Source of the DNA: Coprobacillaceae bacterium
GTDB taxonomy: Bacteria > Bacillota_I > Bacilli_A > Erysipelotrichales > Coprobacillaceae
Length of the DNA: 32,000 bases
Assembly: GCA_963675915.1 (NCBI GenBank)
Contig: OY780959.1
Location: forward strand, 840,001-872,000
Direction: 5' to 3'
Part shown: positions 8,001-16,336 of the stretch, piece after piece
Layout: each line of letters begins with the position of its first letter
Numbering within the stretch: position 1 is the first letter of the stretch
Made by a program: the position numbers and the translations under genes
The notes under the pieces: model-generated
Databases searched by the model: none
Seen by the model: the letters and a program-made list of their open reading frames with translations, nothing else
Told to the model about the DNA's origin: nothing

Positions 8001-9377
8001 CTATCTTCTAATATTTAGGCGTTCTCTGACCTTGGTCAGATTGGTTGGTAAGGTCACGGTGAAAATCGAACCGACATCAACAGTCGACTGAACATCGATT
8101 TTACCATTGTGGAGATCGACAATTGATCTGACAATGGCCAATCCCAGCCCGTTGCCCTCGATGTTGCGGGACTTGTCTTCGCGATAGAAGCGCTCAAAAA
8201 TATGCGAAACAACTTCACTCGACATTCCCTGGCCGGTGTCTTCGACACTTACCTCAACCGTTTTGGGATTACGGCGTACCGAAATGGTAATCAGACCGTG
8301 ATCCTGGGTATATTTGATTGCATTGGAAATCAGATTGGTCCAAACCTGTTCCAGTTTGTTTTTGTCACCATTGATCATAATCGCTTTTTTCGGGAAATCG
8401 AATTTGATCTCGATATCCTTTTTCAAAGCATTGGATTCCAAGGAATTGGCCACAATGGCAATCTGTTCCAATAATGAATATTCCTCGTAGTCCAGTTGAT
8501 CCTGCTCGTTTTCAAGCATTGTCAGCTGGAGCATGTTTTTAGAAAGTTTCGAAAGCCTGGTCGAATTGTAAATGATGATATCCGCATATTTTTCCACCTG
8601 TCCCCGAGGCAATTCAGCTTCATCCTTGATAATTTTCGCAAATCCCTGGATTGAAGTCAAAGGAGTTTGAAACTCGTGAGAGACGTCGGAAATGAATTTT
8701 TGCCGATACACTTCCTGTTTTCCGAGTTGCACCGCCATCTGATTGAAAGCGCGGTTGAGACGGGAAATTTCATCGTCACCGATATAACTTACCCGAACAT
8801 CGTAATTACCGTTGGATACGTCTTTGGTCGCCTTGATTAGCTTGGTGATAGGACGGACAATTACATCGGCAACTACGAAAAAGACAATCGTCCCCATCAA
8901 AAAGATTCCCGAGAAGACCACCAGCATGGAATTGAGATACGATCTTTGCCGTTGCAAGGTATCCTTTTGCAACAAGAGATAACCCTCATTGCCCTCAATA
9001 TCAATCGGTTTTCCCAGCACCACTTCCGAACCGGTCGATTCGGCTAGTTCGGTTCTTGATGCATACAGCCGCGAGATCGAATCCAGGTCGATTTTTTGAT
9101 GTGGCGACCCATAATAATAAACCTGGCCATTCACATAGAAAGTGATGGCACTGCTTGATGACTCGGCATAGGAATTCAATAATGTGAAGTTTTCATTTCC
9201 ACTGATTGAAAACTCCATGGTTGAAACCAGAAAATCGAATTCCTTATCCAGTTCAACCGAGACTTCACTGTTTATTTCCGAGCCGTTCATATTGAACGCC
9301 ACAATCCCGGCAATCGGGAAACTCAGCAAAATCGTGATGAAAAAGCCCAGGATCAGCTTGCTGTAAATTGATTTCAT
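8001..9377 (-). CDS. Sensor histidine kinase (two TM segments, extracytoplasmic domain, HAMP, HisKA, HATPase)
   Basis: H-box SHEFQTPLTSIQGF, N-box LISNAIKYT, G1 VEDTGQGM, G2 GNGLGLAIV. Hydrophobic segments lie near residues 10-30 and 150-175. Confidence 0.9.
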   Translation of the reverse strand: MKSIYSKLILGFFITILLSFPIAGIVAFNMNGSEINSEVSVELDKEFDFLVSTMEFSISGNENFTLLNSYAESSSSAITFYVNGQVYYYGSPHQKIDLDSISRLYASRTELAESTGSEVVLGKPIDIEGNEGYLLLQKDTLQRQRSYLNSMLVVFSGIFLMGTIVFFVVADVIVRPITKLIKATKDVSNGNYDVRVSYIGDDEISRLNRAFNQMAVQLGKQEVYRQKFISDVSHEFQTPLTSIQGFAKIIKDEAELPRGQVEKYADIIIYNSTRLSKLSKNMLQLTMLENEQDQLDYEEYSLLEQIAIVANSLESNALKKDIEIKFDFPKKAIMINGDKNKLEQVWTNLISNAIKYTQDHGLITISVRRNPKTVEVSVEDTGQGMSSEVVSHIFERFYREDKSRNIEGNGLGLAIVRSIVDLHNGKIDVQSTVDVGSIFTVTLPTNLTKVRERLNIRR

Positions 9378-9380
9378 CGG

Positions 9381-10052
9381 TTAATCGACCTCGGCTTTGT
9401 AACCCAGACCCCGAACCGTAACAATTTTGAATCCCGGCACATCCTTGAGGTTTTCCCGAACTCTTTTGATGTGGACATCGACAGTCCGGTCGAAACCATC
9501 ATAATCCATTCCCCAGATCTTTTCAATCAGCTGTTCTCTAGAAAAGATATGATTGGGCGACTTGATCAGTTCGAAAACAAGTTCGAACTGCTTAAGTGGC
9601 AGATGAATCGTCCCGCCGCTGTAGCGGATTTCATATTTGTCACCGTCGAACTCAGTCCCATTGAGCTTGACAATGTTCGAAGCATTGATTGAATATCGCT
9701 TCAAAATCGCTTTCACCCGGGCTACCAGTTCGCTGGCGTCAAACGGTTTGGTTACATAATCATCAACTCCGGCTTCAAAACCGCGGAGTTTGTCCTTGGA
9801 CTGCGATCTGGCGGTAAGCATGATTACCGGCACATCCTTGATACCTTTCATTTCTTCAACAAGTTCAAAGCCGTCCATCCCCGGCATCATGACATCGATA
9901 ATTCCCAAATCTATATATTCGGACTCGAATACTACCAAAGCTTCGGCGCCATTGGCGGCCTCAAGAACCTCGAATCCTTCTTTTTTCAAATAGAATTTGA
10001 CCAGCTCGCGGATATCCTGCTCGTCATCTACTACCAATATTCTGGATTTCAT
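9381..10052 (-). CDS. OmpR/PhoB-family response regulator
   Basis: Receiver domain (VVDDE..., IIDVMMPGMDG, KPF) plus a winged-helix C-terminus (RTVDVHIKRVRENL, VRGLGYK). Its stop is 3 nt before the kinase start. Confidence 0.93.
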   Translation of the reverse strand: MKSRILVVDDEQDIRELVKFYLKKEGFEVLEAANGAEALVVFESEYIDLGIIDVMMPGMDGFELVEEMKGIKDVPVIMLTARSQSKDKLRGFEAGVDDYVTKPFDASELVARVKAILKRYSINASNIVKLNGTEFDGDKYEIRYSGGTIHLPLKQFELVFELIKSPNHIFSREQLIEKIWGMDYDGFDRTVDVHIKRVRENLKDVPGFKIVTVRGLGYKAEVD

Positions 10053-10095
10053 CTAAAAACCTCCTAGTAAAGTAATCTGAAACTACACTTAATTA

Positions 10096-10124
10096 ATTAT
10101 ACCAAAATGACGGGTATCTTACAA
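10096..10124 (-). promoter_or_regulatory. Predicted sigma-A promoter of the two-component system-smc-ftsY-ylxM-ffh unit
   Basis: On the minus strand: TTGTAA (10124-10119), 17-nt spacer, TGG-TATAAT (10104-10096). An RBS (TAGGAGG) lies before the ATG at 10052. Confidence 0.55.
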
Positions 10125-10293
10125 TTATTCTTGGAAATTATTGGCCAAAGCTGCCCTTGTGGCAATCTTTTTCCACCTGTTTTAAAGCCGCAGTTGAACG
10201 AATCAATCAAGATTAACTAAATCATTGTCATCTTGAAATCAAAAGACTTGTAAAACCGTTGAAAGCCCAAAAGGCTTTTATTTTTAATACCTG

Positions 10294-10324
10294 GAAACAA
10301 AAAAAGCGGGACTAACCCGCTTTT
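10294..10324 (-). terminator. Rho-independent terminator after the 551-aa membrane protein gene
   Basis: Stem GCGGG/CCCGC (10306-10310 and 10316-10320), extendable with A-U pairs. A run of seven T follows on the minus strand. It begins 5 nt after the TAG stop. Confidence 0.8.
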
Positions 10325-10329
10325 GAGTT

Positions 10330-11985
10330 CTAAAATATTTCGATTCCGGAAATCACAACTGAAGTTGAATCAGTCGGAATATATGTCACTTCAACCTGAT
10401 CATCGACATTCATCAATGGCAAGCCGTTGTTTAGTGAGATGTCTGCGATGTAAATAAGATCCTCATTGTCAAGTTGGAAGTAATAGGTACTGTTACCGTC
10501 AATTACTGCTTCCTGGACATTGGTGATGGTTCCCTTTACGGTATTCAACTCACCCGAATTGATATTATCGATCAATCCCTGTTCTTTAAGAAGATTCAAA
10601 TAAGCTGTTTGAGCCGCCAAAACGCTGTCGCCAGTGGCGACAATCTGATAGTTCTTGACTGATACAAATGCATATTTTTTAACCAGATTGGCATTATCTT
10701 TCAATGACAGGAAGTAAGTCGGTTCCCCGCCGCTGTTGATCAGAATCGGGAAGGTCGCATTGTAACCGAGGTTTTGGACCTGTCCTTCGGCTGAAGACAT
10801 CGCTGAAAATTCCTCGGCTCCGGAAATGCCGTAGTATTTGGCGGCTTTGGTTCTCAAATTGACTAAAGCGAACCCGACATTTGAAGCATCGGAAGTGGCT
10901 GATGTCAAACCAGTGTAATAGTAAACATCATCACCAAGGGCAACATAATTGTAACCATCAGTTGGTTGGAGCACCCCTCTTTGGGAAAGTACGGAATTGA
11001 AATATCCGTTTTTGTATCTACCCCAGTTAATCAGCTGTTGTTGAATCAAATCAGATGGATAGACACGGTCAACCCATGATGGGACTTCAGCAACATCATA
11101 ATATTCTGAGTCTCCGGTTATGGCATTGACCAGAACCGCTCCGACGATATCTTTCCCGCCAAAAATTCCGATTTCGAAATTATAGACCGAAGCGATATAG
11201 TAAGGATCACCATTGTCGTCAATTTCAAATGAAACCTTGTCGAACATCAACGTTGGATAGTTGATTCGCAAATGACGGTTGATATTCCGGAAGAACAGTT
11301 CCGATTCGGAATACTTCATTCCCTCATCAAGTTCGACCACATCAACTTTCTGGGTAACCATATTGACCGTGATATAAGCCGGCAACCCATTAGCCCGGTT
11401 GGTGAACCAGCGGATGATGTCGGTATATTCAAGCGGGGTAACCCGGTAAGGCGTATTTTGATAATTGATCTGGAAATAATCCTGATTGACTTCGAATTGA
11501 GAAACGTAATCGACAATTTCCCCCATCTTCCGATCCCCTAGCACGATTGATGACTGACGGTCGACTACCGGAATCGAATCAAATGAGATTGCCTGATTGT
11601 CACTGTAGAAATCCGCGGATTCGTCGAGATACAGTTGACTTTGATAACGGTCAGCATTGAATACCCGCAAACTGGTCAACCCACCCAGGACATTATATAG
11701 GAAAAGTACCACTGCCAGAATCAGCGGCAGTTTTACAAACATGTTGAACCGGGCCGTGAAAATCAGGGTCAGGAAAATATAAATCACCAGCAAGAAAATC
11801 AGAAAGCCGATGAATTCGACACTTCTAATGTTAAACGGAACCAGAATCACCCATTCGACCAAAGCGCCAAAAATAAGCGTGATGATCAGAGCGATAAACG
11901 GACCGGCACTGCGTTTTTTCTGCCAAGACTGTACAAAGGTCAATGATTGGACCCATTCATTCAATTTTTCACCAAAATTATCCAT
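10330..11985 (-). CDS. Uncharacterised membrane protein: three N-terminal TM helices plus a large (about 440 aa) extracytoplasmic domain
   Basis: A 551-aa ORF with hydrophobic helices at about residues 28-50, 56-78 and 84-105. The remainder is Tyr/Asn/Gly-rich and probably beta-rich. I recognise no catalytic motif. Its ATG overlaps the nrnA stop (ATGGATAA). Confidence 0.7.
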   Translation of the reverse strand: MDNFGEKLNEWVQSLTFVQSWQKKRSAGPFIALIITLIFGALVEWVILVPFNIRSVEFIGFLIFLLVIYIFLTLIFTARFNMFVKLPLILAVVLFLYNVLGGLTSLRVFNADRYQSQLYLDESADFYSDNQAISFDSIPVVDRQSSIVLGDRKMGEIVDYVSQFEVNQDYFQINYQNTPYRVTPLEYTDIIRWFTNRANGLPAYITVNMVTQKVDVVELDEGMKYSESELFFRNINRHLRINYPTLMFDKVSFEIDDNGDPYYIASVYNFEIGIFGGKDIVGAVLVNAITGDSEYYDVAEVPSWVDRVYPSDLIQQQLINWGRYKNGYFNSVLSQRGVLQPTDGYNYVALGDDVYYYTGLTSATSDASNVGFALVNLRTKAAKYYGISGAEEFSAMSSAEGQVQNLGYNATFPILINSGGEPTYFLSLKDNANLVKKYAFVSVKNYQIVATGDSVLAAQTAYLNLLKEQGLIDNINSGELNTVKGTITNVQEAVIDGNSTYYFQLDNEDLIYIADISLNNGLPLMNVDDQVEVTYIPTDSTSVVISGIEIF

Positions 11986-12910
11986 TAGTAATCAACTCCT
12001 TTAATTTTTCAATAACCTGGGCCACCTCTTCAAGATTGGCCACCCGGGCACCCGATGCCAATAAATGACCACCGCCATTGAACATGGTTGCCACTTTCTG
12101 GACATGATAGTCTCTTGAGCGCATCGAAATGCGGTAATTGTTGTTTTCAACATCCTGGGTGATCGCCACCCAGATCTTGTATTCGCGGACTCCCGAAAAC
12201 AGGTTGACATAATCGCTGCCTTTTGATCTTGGAATATTAAGAGCATCCAAGTCTTCCTGGTTCAGGATGTAATACGCGACATTGCCATCAACCTGATAGA
12301 TATTGTAAAGATATTTTTTGACCTCCAGATCCTTGGCTGATTGGAGATACATGTCGTTATAGATATCGGTGATGGTTATCCCGGTATCAAGAAGCCGCAT
12401 CGCCGCCTTGAAGGTGTTCTTGGTGGTCGAATCATACATGAAACGGTTGGAATCACCGACAATCCCGATATAGAAATTCCGCCCGGCTTTGGTCGACATC
12501 TCCAGTTGATATCCTTCAAGGAGATTGACCAGAATTTCGCAGGTAGAACTGCTTGAAATTTCGATATTCAAATCGCCGTAGCTGTCAACGACGATATGAT
12601 GGTCAATCTTGATTGTTTCCTGCGCTTTTTCGTGGTTGCCATCGATTCTGCCGCTGTTGGCGGTATCTAGACAGATTGCCAGATAGTTTTCCAGACTGTC
12701 ATCAAAAACCGGAAACTCTTCATAATTGAAGACATCGAAGACATCATAGTTGAAATCACCGGCAAGATAGATGTTTTTGCTAGGAAAATTATCCTTGAGC
12801 CATTCATACAGTCCCATTTGGGCCCCGAGACAATCGAAGTCCGGACTGACATGACGGAAAAGGACAATATCCTGATATTTATTTATTTTATCAAAAAATT
12901 GTTGTTCCAT
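11978..12910 (-). CDS. nrnA: DHH/DHHA1 phosphoesterase, NrnA-like oligoribonuclease/pAp phosphatase
   Basis: DHH motifs (HVSPDFDCLG, CLDTAN, IKIDHH) and the DHHA1 motif GGGH (FNGGGHLLASGA). The 310-aa length is typical. Confidence 0.85.
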   Translation of the reverse strand: MEQQFFDKINKYQDIVLFRHVSPDFDCLGAQMGLYEWLKDNFPSKNIYLAGDFNYDVFDVFNYEEFPVFDDSLENYLAICLDTANSGRIDGNHEKAQETIKIDHHIVVDSYGDLNIEISSSSTCEILVNLLEGYQLEMSTKAGRNFYIGIVGDSNRFMYDSTTKNTFKAAMRLLDTGITITDIYNDMYLQSAKDLEVKKYLYNIYQVDGNVAYYILNQEDLDALNIPRSKGSDYVNLFSGVREYKIWVAITQDVENNNYRISMRSRDYHVQKVATMFNGGGHLLASGARVANLEEVAQVIEKLKELITNG

Positions 12911-13096
12911 TAAATTTCCTCCACCTCCATTTTACCAAAAATGACCCGATTTTTCACTAAAAAAAGCCTATTTGCGCAAGTATGGATTGATAGTCAAAAT
13001 CCCGACCGGCAACCTTGCTCCAAATAGCTAGATTTTATCGAGGTATTTTTGACATTCCAGATTGTTGAAAGAACCGGTCTTTAGGAAATCTTTAGA

Positions 13097-13127
13097 ACAA
13101 AAAAATCCCCAGGAATAATCCTGGAGA
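13097..13127 (-). terminator. Rho-independent terminator of ackA
   Basis: In minus-strand RNA: UCUCCAGGA-UUAU-UCCUGGGGA (one G-U pair) followed by UUUUUUU. Confidence 0.8.
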
Positions 13128-13137
13128 TCAAGTTTGT

Positions 13138-14340
13138 TTATTTGATATCGTAAATTCGGCAAACATCACGGGCAATCATGATTTCCTCATCAGTAGGAAC
13201 GACCATGATTTCAACTTGTGAATTAGGTGTAGAAATCACCCGCATTTCTTTCGAGCGGATCTCATTAAGCTCTTCATCAAGTTGTGCTCCCAAAGCTCTG
13301 GCAACATTGTCGATGATGATCCGACGCAGATATGAAGCGTTCTCTCCAACTCCGGCGGTAAAGGCGATTACATCCACCCCACCAAGTTCCATCACATATG
13401 AACCGATATATTTGGAAACGATTCTTGAATACAACAACCCAGTCAACAAGGCTCTTTCATTACCTTCATTGAACAGAGCATTTTCAATATCGCGAGAATC
13501 CGATGAAATCCCCGAAACTCCCAACATTCCCGATTCCTTGTTCATGACATTAAGGAATTGATCAGGTGTCATTTCCAGTTTATTGCACATATAAGGAATG
13601 ATTGATGGATCGATGTCCCCTGTTCTGGTTCCCATCATTACCCCGGCCAATGGCGTGAATCCCATTGAAGTGTCGATGCAGACTCCGTCAAGAACCGCTG
13701 AAAGGCTGGCTCCGTTTCCAAGGTGACAAACGATGATACGAGAACTTTTTGGATTCCCCAAATGTTTGATTACTTCCTGAGAAACATATTTGTGACTCGT
13801 TCCATGAGCTCCGTATTTACGGATTTTGTATTTTTCATAGTATTCCAACGGAAGTGGGTATAGATATCTTTCGGCATCCAGTGTCTGATGGAATGAAGTG
13901 TCGAAGACGAAAACGTGTTTTGAATCTTCACCCAAAGCCTCTTTAAAAGCTTTATATCCGGTCAGATTGGCTCCATTATGAAGCGGTGCCAATTCAATCA
14001 ACTCCTCAACCTTAGCTACGTTTTCCGGTGTGGTGACAGCGGCATCACTGAAGTAATCCCCGCCTTGGACAACCCGGTGTCCGCAAGCTTCAATTTCATC
14101 AAGAGTGGTAACCGCACTATAATCTATCAATGATTTCAACAACAATTTAACCCCGGCTTCGTGGTTAGGAATTGGTTGACTCACTTGATGTTTTTTATTA
14201 TCAACTACTATTTCAAAATTTCCCATCTCCTGGCCGATTCGTTCAACGACCCCCGATGAAATAACTTTTTCGCTCGGCATGTCGATCAATTGAAACTTCA
14301 ATGATGAACTGCCGGCATTTACTGCCATAATTTTTGTCAT
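13138..14340 (-). CDS. ackA: Acetate kinase
   Basis: The N-terminus is KIMAVNAGSSSLKFQL. It also has HRVVQGG, YGAHGTSH and CHLGNGASL. The 400-aa length is typical. Confidence 0.97.
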   Translation of the reverse strand: MTKIMAVNAGSSSLKFQLIDMPSEKVISSGVVERIGQEMGNFEIVVDNKKHQVSQPIPNHEAGVKLLLKSLIDYSAVTTLDEIEACGHRVVQGGDYFSDAAVTTPENVAKVEELIELAPLHNGANLTGYKAFKEALGEDSKHVFVFDTSFHQTLDAERYLYPLPLEYYEKYKIRKYGAHGTSHKYVSQEVIKHLGNPKSSRIIVCHLGNGASLSAVLDGVCIDTSMGFTPLAGVMMGTRTGDIDPSIIPYMCNKLEMTPDQFLNVMNKESGMLGVSGISSDSRDIENALFNEGNERALLTGLLYSRIVSKYIGSYVMELGGVDVIAFTAGVGENASYLRRIIIDNVARALGAQLDEELNEIRSKEMRVISTPNSQVEIMVVPTDEEIMIARDVCRIYDIK

Positions 14341-14359
14341 ATATAAACCTCCGAGTCAT

Positions 14360-14389
14360 ATTATACCAAAATACACATTCACACTTCAA
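14360..14389 (-). promoter_or_regulatory. Predicted sigma-A promoter of ackA
   Basis: On the minus strand: TTGAAG (14389-14384), 18-nt spacer, TGG-TATAAT (14368-14360), then the RBS GGAGG. Confidence 0.5.
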
Positions 14390-14470
14390 TAATAATGTGT
14401 AAATGATGTCGATTTTTATTCACAAAAACACCCTTACTAGATAATAAATTCACAAAAGTCGTTATAATAA

Positions 14471-14489
14471 ATCATCATATAATGATGAT
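14471..14489. promoter_or_regulatory. Perfect 19-bp palindrome upstream of the ackA promoter (candidate operator)
   Basis: The sequence is ATCATCAT-ATA-ATGATGAT. It lies about 100 nt upstream of the predicted -10. Confidence 0.3.
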
Positions 14490-14542
14490 ATGTCAATTAT
14501 TGCACCATGGGTGTTTGAACCGGCGATTAATTGAGTCACAGT

Positions 14543-14574
14543 AAAAACAAAGCTTGTTTGACCAAGCTTTGTTT
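14543..14574 (-). terminator. Rho-independent terminator of the hydrogenase operon
   Basis: A perfect 12-bp stem AAACAAAGCTTG/CAAGCTTTGTTT (14545-14556 and 14563-14574) with a 6-nt loop. The 3' arm ends in a U-run on the minus strand. It lies 8 nt after the hydA stop. Confidence 0.85.
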
Positions 14575-14582
14575 AAGTCAAA

Positions 14583-16331
14583 TTATTTGAATCTTGGTTT
14601 TTTAGAGTAGTGAGTATGGAGATAATGATGAGCTTTCTCGCTGTTAGGTTCCCCTAAGAAATCTCGGTAGAGATCTTGGACCTGAGTATTGAGATGCGAC
14701 TTACGTACCGGCATCTCGATATCTTCATCATAAAGCGCCCGAGCTCGAGCTGCTACGTAATCAAAACTGCTGTTGCGGATTGAGGCTGGCACATATGATT
14801 GTCCCCCACCATTGATACATCCGGCAGGACAACCCATGATTTCGATGAAATGATATTTTGAAGTACCGTTCTTGATGTCCTCAAGCAATGGTTTCGCCAG
14901 TTTCATTGAGTGGGCAACCGCCACATTCAAATCAATTCCTCCGACTCTAACAGTCGCTTCTTTGAGCCCTCCGGCTCCACGGATCATCCGATAGTCGATA
15001 TCTTCGAAATCTCCTTCATCAAGAACATCTTTTGCTGTTCTCAAGGCCGCTTCCATTACCCCTCCGGATGCCCCGAAAATAACCGCAGCACCGGAATATT
15101 CACCAAACAAGTCTTGGTCGAATTGTTCATTTTCAAGGCCTCTAAAGTTGATTCCGTACATTTTGATCAACTTACCAAGTTCTCTGGTTGTAATTACATG
15201 GTCGATATCAACTATACCATCTACACTGCTTCCTTCACGTTGAGCTTCGCCTTTTTTGGCGATACAAGGCATAATTGAAACCGTAACGATTTTTTCAGGG
15301 TCAATATCATTAGCCTGAGCAAATCTTGATTTGAGCATCGCTCCAAGCATTTGTTGAGGCGATTTACAAGTGGAAACGTAATCCAACAGGTCAGGATATT
15401 CACGTTCCACATAATTGATCCATCCTGGTGAACAAGATGTGATCAGCGGTAACTTACCGTTATTTTGAAGCCGACCGATAAATTCGGTTGCTTCTTCCAT
15501 AATGGTCAAATCGGCTCCGAAGTTAACATCGTATACCCGATCAAATCCCATCAGTTTCAACGCAGCCACCATTTTACCGGTGACTCTCGTTCCGATATCA
15601 TAACCGAATTCCTCACCCAGACTCGCTCTTACTGCCGGAGCAGTCTGAACCATAACAAATTTGTCTTCATTGTTCAGGGCTTCAATGATGTAATGGATAT
15701 CTTCTTTTTCATGTAGAGCTCCAACCGGGCAGACATTGATACATTGACCACACTGGATGCAGTTTACATCCGCAAATGACTTGTCATATACCGGTCCGAC
15801 TTTGGTCTTGAAGCCACGTTGCTGATAACCCAAAATCCCAATTCCCTGCAGTTTAGAGCAAGCTTCGATACAACGGCCGCACAGAATACATTTTGAAGTG
15901 TCCCGGACTATTCCCGGTGCCACATCATCGAATGTAGGCTCTGTTTTGCTTCCGGCAAACGCATCTTCACGAACCCCTAGTTCCTGACATAGGCGTTGCA
16001 GTTCGCAGTTGGTATTACGAATACAGCTCAAACAGTCTTTCGAGTGATTGGAAACAATCAGCTCAAGCACGTTTTTACGGGCTTCGAGCGAATCTTTGGA
16101 ATTGGTCAAAACTTCCATTCCCTCGGTTACCGGATAGACGCATGAAGCCACCAGTTTTCCGGTCCCTTTAAGTTCAACCTGGCATACCCGGCAAGCGCCG
16201 ACTCCGGTCAAATCTTTAAGATAACATAAAGTGGGAATATGAATATGATTTTCACGAGCAACTTCAAGAATAGTTTGTCCTGGATAAGCTTCCACTTCCC
16301 GCTTATTGATTTTTAATTTAATTTTAGACAT
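14583..16331 (-). CDS. hydA: [FeFe] hydrogenase catalytic subunit (M3 architecture: 2Fe-2S, His-ligated 4Fe-4S, two 4Fe-4S, H-domain, small-subunit-like tail)
   Basis: N-terminal plant-type 2Fe-2S cysteines, HSKDCLSCIRNTNC, CILCGRCIEAC and CIQCGQCINVCP. The H-cluster motifs are TSCSPGW (variant P1), MPCIAKKGE (P2) and EIMGCPAGCINGGGQ (P3). Confidence 0.95.
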   Translation of the reverse strand: MSKIKLKINKREVEAYPGQTILEVARENHIHIPTLCYLKDLTGVGACRVCQVELKGTGKLVASCVYPVTEGMEVLTNSKDSLEARKNVLELIVSNHSKDCLSCIRNTNCELQRLCQELGVREDAFAGSKTEPTFDDVAPGIVRDTSKCILCGRCIEACSKLQGIGILGYQQRGFKTKVGPVYDKSFADVNCIQCGQCINVCPVGALHEKEDIHYIIEALNNEDKFVMVQTAPAVRASLGEEFGYDIGTRVTGKMVAALKLMGFDRVYDVNFGADLTIMEEATEFIGRLQNNGKLPLITSCSPGWINYVEREYPDLLDYVSTCKSPQQMLGAMLKSRFAQANDIDPEKIVTVSIMPCIAKKGEAQREGSSVDGIVDIDHVITTRELGKLIKMYGINFRGLENEQFDQDLFGEYSGAAVIFGASGGVMEAALRTAKDVLDEGDFEDIDYRMIRGAGGLKEATVRVGGIDLNVAVAHSMKLAKPLLEDIKNGTSKYHFIEIMGCPAGCINGGGQSYVPASIRNSSFDYVAARARALYDEDIEMPVRKSHLNTQVQDLYRDFLGEPNSEKAHHYLHTHYSKKPRFK

Positions 16332-16336
16332 TCAAT

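Noticed and set aside
10125-10293. Possible small RNA or second terminator in the 170-nt gap between the membrane-protein terminator and the two-component system promoter. It includes the hairpin AAAGCC-N4-GGCTTT at 10262-10279 and an imperfect hairpin around 10143-10168.
   Set aside because: The stems are short and AT-rich or imperfect. No promoter-plus-terminator pair defines a discrete transcript, so I cannot support an RNA gene from sequence alone.
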